This document shows, piece by piece, positions 55,018 to 64,000 of a stretch of DNA of 64,000 nucleotides; the first letter of the stretch is position 1; each line of letters begins with the position of its first letter. Source of the stretch: Octopus vulgaris (lineage: Eukaryota). A model generated the notes under the pieces. The model saw nothing but the letters and a program-made list of their open reading frames with translations, was not told where the DNA came from and did no database searches. Position numbers and translations under genes: made by a program. The stretch spans positions 140,988,001-141,052,000 of the forward strand of contig OX597814.1 in NCBI GenBank assembly GCA_951406725.2, given 5' to 3'.

Positions 55018-55821
55018 ATGGTGAAGTAGTATTTCATGAATTTTAATTTACAGTTTGATTTAAATACAGCTTAATATTGATCTACATATGTTTCCACTGC
55101 ATCAGTTAGTAACTGTTGCATTTGACACTAAACTTTTTCACTGATTTGTTCAACAGCAAAACTAATTAAAATTAGTTCTTCCTGTCTCATAATCTTTCTT
55201 ACTGATCAATTAGCTTTGAAGTGTTTCATTGAAAAATATATAGTTGAAACGTAACGACAATATATCTCAGTTGCCACTCGCAATAATGTATGATGACTGT
55301 AGCAAAAATGGCTTTCTTTCTCGTACACTCCACCTGATTTATTTTAGGTGCTCATGGAGATAATGCAGCGCGTAACCGTAGACTCTATCCAGTCCTTCGC
55401 GCTCTCGGCCATGTCAAAATATCAAAGACGTAACAGATGGAAGACGAGAAAACTGTACAGTAGAAGCTCGCAGTACGAGAGCCCCATTATACGAATAATT
55501 TGCACTACAAGCCGAGACGAGTGCCAATTTTTGTCTTGAAGTACGAGCGGAAATCCGCAGTATGAGCACACGAATCGTCCCATCTTTAAGGTAATTCAGT
55601 TAATAAAACCAATTTACATGTTTATTTTGCATTCTCTTTTTTATAATTGTCATTTTACTTGTAACTACACCTTTTCTGTTTTAAGACCCATAAAAAAATT
55701 ATTTTTGAGTGTTTTTTGTGGGCTGGAACGGATTAATTATATTTTAGTTAATTTCAATGACGAGCTTGATCATGGAACCAATTAAACTCGTACTGCGAGG
55801 TATCACTGTATTTATCTCACC

Positions 55822-56080
55822 CAGTGGTTCTCAACCATTTTTTTTTCACCTATGGATCCCTTTAATTCCTATTTTACTCGGATGGATCCTCATAGTCATT
55901 CAATGTTTAAAATATCCCATTATATATTTATTATCAAATATTAGGAATTATATAAAAAAAATTGTTTAAATATTTTATGTATTGTGGACCCAATTCATTG
56001 CTTGTAAATTCTAACAAAACCTTACATGGACACCCCACACACAACCCAAGGGTCATATGGATCTCGGTTGAGAACCACTG
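55822..56080. mobile_element. hAT (Charlie-like) MITE
   Basis: Perfect 15-bp TIR CAGTGGTTCTCAACC / GGTTGAGAACCACTG with 8-bp TSD ATCTCACC/ATCTAACC. Confidence 0.88.
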
Positions 56081-56389
56081 ATCTAACCTCAGGATTTCTG
56101 AACAGTGTGTCGCAGATTTTCAAAAATATTATTTAGGCTTTTAAGAAGATCTATTCTAATACTTGAGCGTCATGAAAAATATGTCACGATTATCATTAAT
56201 AAGGAGTGGTGGTTGGCAGAATCGTTTGAGCGTCGGACAAAATGCCTTGAGATATTTCTTTTTGCGCCCTGAGTTCAAATCCCACCGGAGGTAGCTTTGT
56301 ATTTTTATCCCTTCGAGAGTCGATGTAATAAAAAAAACCCAACAAAAAATGTAAAGTTCTGGGATTGATATATTAGGCTATATTTAAGG

Positions 56390-56768
56390 GAAGGTGCAAT
56401 GGCCCAGTGGTTAGGGCACGAACTCGCGGTCGTAAGATCGCGGCTTCGTTTCCCAGACCGGGCGTTGTGAGTGTTTACTGAGCGAAAACACCTAAAGCTC
56501 CACGAAGCTCCGACAGGAGGGTGGTGGCGAACCCTGCTGTACTCTTTCACCACAACTTTCTCTCACACTTTCTTCCTGTTTCTGTTGTACCTGTATTTCA
56601 AAGGGCCAGCCTTGTCACACTCTGTGTCACGCTGAATCTTCTCGAGAACTACGTTAAGGGTACACGTATCTGTGGAGTGCTCAGCCATTTACACGTTAAT
56701 TTCACGAGCTGGCTGTTCCGTTGATCGGATCAACTGGAACCCTCGTCGTCGTAACCGACGGAGTGCCA
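56390..56768 (+). mobile_element. tRNA-derived SINE
   Basis: Full copy homologous to 4812-5181. Confidence 0.8.
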
Positions 56769-59121
56769 CGATGTTTAAGGCCTTGTGTCTATGTTAGAAA
56801 CAATTATCATTATTAATAAAACGAAGGTGGCGAAATGGAAGAACAGTTACCCTGTCAGACAAAACGCATAGCGGCATTTCTTACTGCTCTTTATATTCTG
56901 AGTCCAAATTTCGCTGAGGTCGACTTTGCTTCTCATCCTTTTAGGATCGATAAAATAAGTACCAGTTGAACACCGGGGTCAATGCAATCGACATCCTCTC
57001 CTCAAAATTGCTGGTCCTATACCAAAATTAGGAAGAATCTACTATAATAGTCTTGTTTTTCTCCGTCACAACATACGAATGAGAAAGGAAGGGATGATAG
57101 ATGAATAAGGAAGGAAGGGGTGATGGCAAACTGGTAATGGGAGTGTTTCAACTCTGTGTTAGTATATGTGTATGTAAAAGGGAAGTATGTGACAGTTTGT
57201 GTGTGTGTGTGTGTGTGTGTTTATATCTCAAAAGACCACCACTCTATAACATTGACAAGTGTATTAATTTGATTTACCATCCATATCTCTATATAAAATA
57301 AAACATTTTTGACGGCACGGGGCCAGCTAGTTATGATTAATAAAACGAAATACGCAATACGTAGTTTCTATTCTTTTCTAATTCTAAAACTTTATTTGAC
57401 TTTAGTATGCCAATAAGTAAAAGTGATTAAGAACCACTGGTGAATCAAGGTTTACATAAAGTTGACCTTTATATCATCAACACCGTCACAGGGTTTTTGT
57501 ATAGATGGAGCAACGCTATTCGTTTGATCAGTGTCCTCTGGAGAATACTGCCGCTACGACTGTTTACAAACCATCAAGCAGATAACCACTATATGTATCT
57601 AGAGGCCGTTCCATTTGCAAACTAAGCATTATTTGTAAACGTACTCTATAGATGTTCAGTTCTGCAAATGTCTAGTAACTATATACCAAATATATAGCAG
57701 GAATAAATTAAAATAAATTATATAACGATCCAATGAAACAGCGTTTTCACAGTTACTCGACCTGCTACAAATAGTAATCAATAATTTTGTAACAAAAAAA
57801 AAAAAGATGGTTAGAATAACTTTGATCGATAGCTGTGTTTGATCAGAGTTGAAGCGGGCCTAAACAACCCAACAGCAATGGGTCAGAGTTTAAGTTTACG
57901 CAAAATAAAATATTTCCAGATTAAAATTCTCAGTTTAAGAAGCTGAGAATTTAAAATCTTCCTGTGAAGTAGAATTGTTGTGTTTTTATCACTGCTTACG
58001 ATAATGTTTCCTATTTGGGCAGTGTATTGACAGAATCGTTAGAGCAACAGAAAATAACGCTTTGTGGAATTTGATTCGGTTCCTTCCGTTCTGAGTTCAT
58101 ATTCCGCTGAGGTCCACTTTACCTTTCATTCTTTTGGCATTAATATAAAGTACCAGTCAAGCACTAACGCCGATATAACTGTTCGCAAATTATTGTCCTT
58201 GTAGCTAAATTAAATGCAAAATATTTTATATTTGGAAGATAGGACCGGTATATGTCATAAGGTAATAACATTTAATTGACTCTCTGACAGGGGCTCTGAG
58301 TTTGAGAGCGACAACGGCCCTCAATCCAATTGGACTCAGCATGTTCTCAAAGGATATCAAAGGTTGTGTTAATGATCGAGATTTCAATTTAATTAATTAC
58401 CAGCACGTTACTGCAATTATCAACCCTAAAATGGAAGAAAGGCGAATTGATAAACGGAATCAAGTATATATCGTAAGATATTTAAGCAAGATGTTTTACA
58501 ACTTCTACCATCTACCGCCCTTTAAGGCATGGGTTTCTCACAAACGCTGTTACACCTTAAATTTGCGAAAAGAATGGAACTAATATAATAGACCATAGCA
58601 AAAGCACAGTTTTTTTTTAAAACCGAGAGCCAAAGGCTCAATTCTCCTTGTAGCCAACTCTCTGAATAAATTCAGAACGACTTTGTTAATGATATTAGAA
58701 ACCTGATGTCCAAAAATTTCTTCTACATATACAACACCGACATTCCGAACACTGATTGCCCGAAAACTCCTATAATCAGCACTAATTTACATTAACCTAC
58801 AAGCACCTGCATTTCATTTAATTATTTAATTAAACTTAATATTTGTTTAATTTAGAGTGTATTGTCCAAGGCGACCCCTCCTGCTTCGGAAAGGCTTCGG
58901 AAATAAAGGTTCTGGAAAATCGATGTTGCAACTGTGTTTAGAAATATGAAGAATAATACAAATTAATATTTTATATTTGGAAGATAGGACTGGTATATGT
59001 TATAAGGCAATAACATTTAACTGGCTCTCAGATAACGGCTCTGAGATTGAGGGCGACAACAGCCCTTAATCCAGTTGGGCTCAGCATGTTCTCAAAGGAT
59101 TGTTTGTTGTGAAGGTAGGCA

Positions 59122-59183
<62 letters not shown>

Positions 59184-59187
<4 letters not shown>

Positions 59188-59765
59188 GAATAAAAAATGG
59201 AGTTAACGCAGGTTTAAACAAGTATTTTTACTTTCTACATATGTTTAAAAATTCCACTGATACTTATTCAAAAGAATAAAAGGTATAAACAATGCAATCT
59301 TCTCTTCGGGAAAGTGAAAAAACGAAACTTGTCAATACGACATTTTAGCAAAAAAATGATGGATTCGTTAGCTACTTATGACGTTATATCATATAACGTT
59401 TTTTTAAACGATATTAATAGCGTTCTGTCTATCGCTATACGAATCCATCATTTTTTGCTAAAATGTCGTATTGACAAGTTTCGTTTTTTCACTTTCCCGA
59501 AGAGAAGATTGCATTGTTTATACCTTTTATTCTTTTGAATAAGTATCAGTGGAATTTTTGAAACATATGTAGAAAGTAAAAATACTTGTTTAAACCTGCG
59601 TTAACTCCATTTTTTATTCATATTATTCAAATATTCAACGTAAACACGAAGTTTCAACCTTTATAAACAAGGAGTTACAACATCTTTACTTGTGAGATTT
59701 TTGCTGCCCTGGTAACTATTCATTCATTTATCCGTGTTAATTGTTAACAAGGTAAAATACACTCA

Positions 59766-59767
<2 letters not shown>
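59184..59767 (+). mobile_element. HHR-bearing inverted-repeat element in (TA)n
   Basis: Near-identical 185-bp arms 59184-59368 and 59439-59623 with a 70-nt spacer. The direct copy extends to about 59767. (TA)n lies on both sides. Confidence 0.8.
59491..59577 (+). ncRNA. Type I hammerhead ribozyme (CCGAAGA core, long stem II)
   Basis: ACTTTC CCGAAGA GAAGATT..TATTC-TTTT-GAATA..AATTTTT GAAA C-ATAT-G TA^ GAAAGT, with a perfect 6-bp stem I. Confidence 0.7.
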
Positions 59768-60386
<619 letters not shown>

Positions 60387-60550
60387 TCCGAAGTGTACAG
60401 TATTATATATTCATTACGGTCGATCTTACCAATCGGTTTCGCGCCAGGGATTCACCGGAGTGTTACGTAAAGACGCTAACGTTTCTACCAGCTCGCCACC
60501 TTTGTGTGACACCCACACCCACCCACACACCCCACACACACACACACGCG

Positions 60551-60585
<35 letters not shown>

Positions 60586-62423
60586 GCGTGTATGTGTGCT
60601 TGCGTGAAGAAAAGTTGTAATAAATGATGCAACCAGAGCTAATTAGGTACGACTCGACAGGCAAAATAATTAACTGCGGTAGGATTTGAACATAGAACTC
60701 AAAAATCCGTAACTTAATATTACAAGTTATTGTGTCCGCCGCTCCAACGTTTTTCTTTTACGTCCAATTCCCTCAACCTTTTAAGTTATTAATTTTATTT
60801 TTTTGAAATGTAAACTTTTTCACATTTAAAAAAATAAAACTATTTTGGTTTAAAGGCCGGAAAGATAACCGTTATAAGGTAACAATGAAATATCACCAAA
60901 CAGAGATATAATTGTTTTTAGTCTAGAGACTTGCGACTTCTATCATACACACACACACAAAAAAAAAAAGTCTTTCAAACTGGGAATAATATTACAATAG
61001 TCTCATTTTATTGGTCTTCTGAGTACAATGAAATAGCAATATAACTTATCTAACAGATATCTCATGCAACGAATAATCTGTTTTATATTTCATTTCGAAT
61101 AATAGATCAATAGTATATTTTATAGACTTACGCGTGCCTTGCTTTAGCTCATGAATGCAGTTAAGGCGCCATCTTTGTAAACAGGTAGTCGAGATTTCGA
61201 ATATCCTTGGGGAGAAGCCCGTGAACAAATTCCTATTGATTTTTCTAATGTGATTTTCTAACAGACTTTTCGAAGATTTTTATCAGTTTGAGGAATGAAA
61301 CAGCCTATGTTGCTGTTAATGCAGCAAAGTTATAGGCGTAAGCTTGGTTGTGTAAGAATGATGCTTCCCAACCACATGGTTCAAGGTTCAGTTCCATTGT
61401 TTAGGATTTGGCAGACGGAAACTGAAAGAAACCCGTCGTGTATATATATATATATAATTTAAAATTGAAATTTTAAAATAGTCCATATTTTTATTACTAT
61501 TTCTTTTGTCGTGCTCTATCACGTTTTGGTTGTTTTGTTAAATTTTTCTTGAGAACATTTCTTAGTGGTGAGACCGTAGCGGATCTATTTCTAACATAAG
61601 GGTGTCCACATAGTGGTTTCCTTCTAATATGTATATATATATATGTATGTATATATGTGTGTGTGTGTTTACTCCCCACCACCCCTTGACAACTGATGTT
61701 CGTGTGTTCACGTCCTCACAACTTAGCATTTCGGCAAAAGAGACCGCTAGAATAATCACCAAGCTTAAGAAACAAAAACAACAAAAAAAACTACATGGGT
61801 CAATTCATTCGACTAAAAATTCTTCAAGGCCTGCCTCAGCATGGCCGCAGTTTACTGATCGAAGCAAGTAAAAGGTAAGATAGAAGAGAATTATCAAGAA
61901 TATTCTGGAATGGTGATACTGTGACTACCACTTCACAGGCAAAGTTTTACACTCATTAAAATTTTATTTCATTGGTGTTCGGTGGACATCGAATAATCCT
62001 AATTTTGACAAAGGGCCAATAATTTTGAGAGAAGGGGCAAGTGATTACATCGACGCCAATTCATGACTGGTACTTATTTTTTCGTGTCTGAAAGGATGAA
62101 AAACTGAAGTGGACCTCAGAACGTAAAGAGTCGGAAGAAATGCTGCCAGTTATTTTATCCGACACGCTAACGATAACGAGGAGTTTTTAACTGGTAGTAG
62201 CACTTGCATTTGCAAGTTGTTTGCTGAAAAAAAAAATCCTTCGAAAATTCCCCTTGAACCTTTTCAGAAGTTTGGCTCTAAGAAGACACGAACACGTATT
62301 TCTACTTTATCAGATGGAGCGCTCTGACTAAATAATTTATAGAGCCAGTAATGTTTAAGATTGTGAAAATCTATAAATGTAGCCTGGCAAGTGATTTGAT
62401 CTGAAACCGTGTGTTGATACTAA

Positions 62424-62670
62424 AGTAATTATAGCGTGGAAGACATATATTAGCCATTCCAAAACGCACAAAGACTATTAACTTCATTTAAACATTTATT
62501 GTTTGGTGTCAAAATTTCCGTATGTATTGCAGTGGAACGGACCGTGTCAATGACCAGGTCGTTGTTGATGTTACGAAAATTTCGACACCAAATGATAAAT
62601 ACTTAAGTGAATTTAACAGCTTTTCTGTATTTCCGAATGGCTAATATGTGTCTTCCACGTTGTAATTGCT
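62424..62670. mobile_element. Diverged foldback/MITE-like element
   Basis: About 100-bp imperfect inverted arms (CGTGGAAGACATATATTAGCCATT / AATGGCTAATATGTGTCTTCCACG). Confidence 0.6.
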
Positions 62671-62869
62671 ATAAATATATCTATTGTTCATAACAAGGTA
62701 AATTATTTATTAGATTTGATATATGTTAGGTAGTTTGTAACACGGATAAGTTATCGGTACTTCGATTACCAACGCATACAGGGATATTGTAATAACAATT
62801 CTTTATATAGAGATTTTCACAGTATGACAAAATCCGGTAACAATATAAATTGGGGATATTACGTTATGA

Positions 62870-63078
62870 CAAGCTGGCAGAATCGTTAGCATGCCGGGCA
62901 AAATGCTTAGCAGCACTTCGTCTGTTTCGTATTCTGAGTTCAAATTCCGCCGAGGTCGACTTTGCTTTTCATCCTTTCAGGGTCGATAAAATAAATACTA
63001 CTTGGACACTGGGGTCGCTGTAATCGACTTACTCCTTCCCCCCAAATTTCAGGCCCTGTGCCTATAGTAGAAAAGATA
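62870..63078 (+). mobile_element. AAGGCGGCGAG-family SINE
   Basis: Homologous to 41254-41485. Confidence 0.75.
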
Positions 63079-63112
63079 TTACGTTGTAACTTTCTGAACA
63101 TCTCTCCAAATG

Positions 63113-63187
63113 TGGCTATAATAAGGACTTGAACGCTCGTCCACCAGTTTACTAGACCGCTGTTCTAACCAACTAAGCCAAGGAGAG
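63113..63187 (-). pseudogene. tRNA-Thr(AGT) pseudogene
   Basis: Minus CTCTCCTTGGCTTAGTTGGTTAGAACAGCGGTCTAGTAAACTGGTGGACGAGCGTTCAAGTCC... aligns with 59-132, but the acceptor and T stems are broken. Confidence 0.75.
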
Positions 63188-63323
63188 AAATGATTGCGAC
63201 AAAAGAATTCATATTGTTTTATTGGTTGGGCGGCTATTCGCAGCATTTGTGAATGTTTTATTCGCGGTTTTCTATATCAGAAGCGACAAATTCTCATCTA
63301 GGTATGTGGCTGGATGCGAGTAC

Positions 63324-63366
63324 ACGTCACGGAGGAATCCCAACAAAGCTGAAATGCATCTGGCGT
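63324..63366 (+). ncRNA. Degenerate hammerhead motif (GAAA-TGCA-TC family)
   Basis: ACGTCA CGGAGGA ATCCCAACAAAGCT GAAA TGCA TC TGGCGT. A 6-bp stem I pairs; stem II is decayed. Confidence 0.45.
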
Positions 63367-64000
63367 TCTCTATGGCTGCTGTTGGGGCGTTTTTGATCTC
63401 CCTCCGCTATTTGGATGGATCGTAGTCCGAGAAAGGAGGTTCTGCAATTTCTTGTTGAACAACCTGCACAAATGATTGATTTACAATGATTAAATGTTTG
63501 TGTTGTACATTAGCTCATTCCCTCTATCAAATCTACGTTGCCTGAACAGGTATCGAAGTGATGGCAAAGCAATGTGAAATGAAGTTCTTTGCTCAAGAAA
63601 ACAACGCATTACCTGACTGAGGAATTGAAACCACAATCGTGAGTGCAACACCACGCACCCTCGATCCCTCCGATATTTGTGTTTTTAACACAGCACGTCC
63701 TGAAGAGACGTTATTTTATGGACGAATGCTGCAATAATTGGTTTCTTAAATAATGCATATACATTAAGTATGATACATATATGGCTATGAAATATTATTT
63801 ATTACCCGAAATATCCACCAGTTATGGATGGATCTTGGTTAGAATTTCCAAGCGATGAATTTTCAGTTATTGTTTCAACTATATTGCTAAACTTACTGAA
63901 TTAGCCTGTAAGTGACTGAGCATTTCACAGACATGCCTACCCTTAGGTGGAACAAGCGCGACACTGTGTGATGAAGCTGGAACCTTAAACTACAGTTACA

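Noticed and set aside
57286-57330. TC...CTAG mini-Helitron
   Set aside because: Only 45 bp with an incomplete hairpin.
63220-63430. Possible 7SK, MRP or telomerase RNA
   Set aside because: No diagnostic motifs; better explained as a homolog of the 30850-31400 repeat.

Overview
AT-rich, microsatellite-saturated animal DNA that appears intergenic or intronic. The tRNA-derived SINE repertoire suggests an octopus genome (inference). No host protein-coding exon can be supported, and almost all listed ORFs are translations of simple repeats. Contents: one tRNA-Thr(AGT) gene and a degenerate copy; a 5'-truncated, open-frame Tx1/L1-type LINE inside (TATC)n; a 5'-truncated Penelope-like element (PLE) with GIY-YIG endonuclease plus older PLE remnants; R4/Dong-like LINE 3' ends inside (CATA)n; CR1-like fragments; mariner, pogo/Tc2, hAT and Helitron elements; and many SINEs. 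The main unannotated signal is about a dozen minimal type I hammerhead ribozyme (HHR) motifs, intact or degenerate, most with palindromic stem III loops. Four lie in short non-coding elements built as long inverted repeats (about 95-240 bp arms), three of them anchored in (TA)n. These look like a non-autonomous, ribozyme-bearing Penelope-type (retrozyme-like) mobile system. All pairings were read by eye, and activity is untested.
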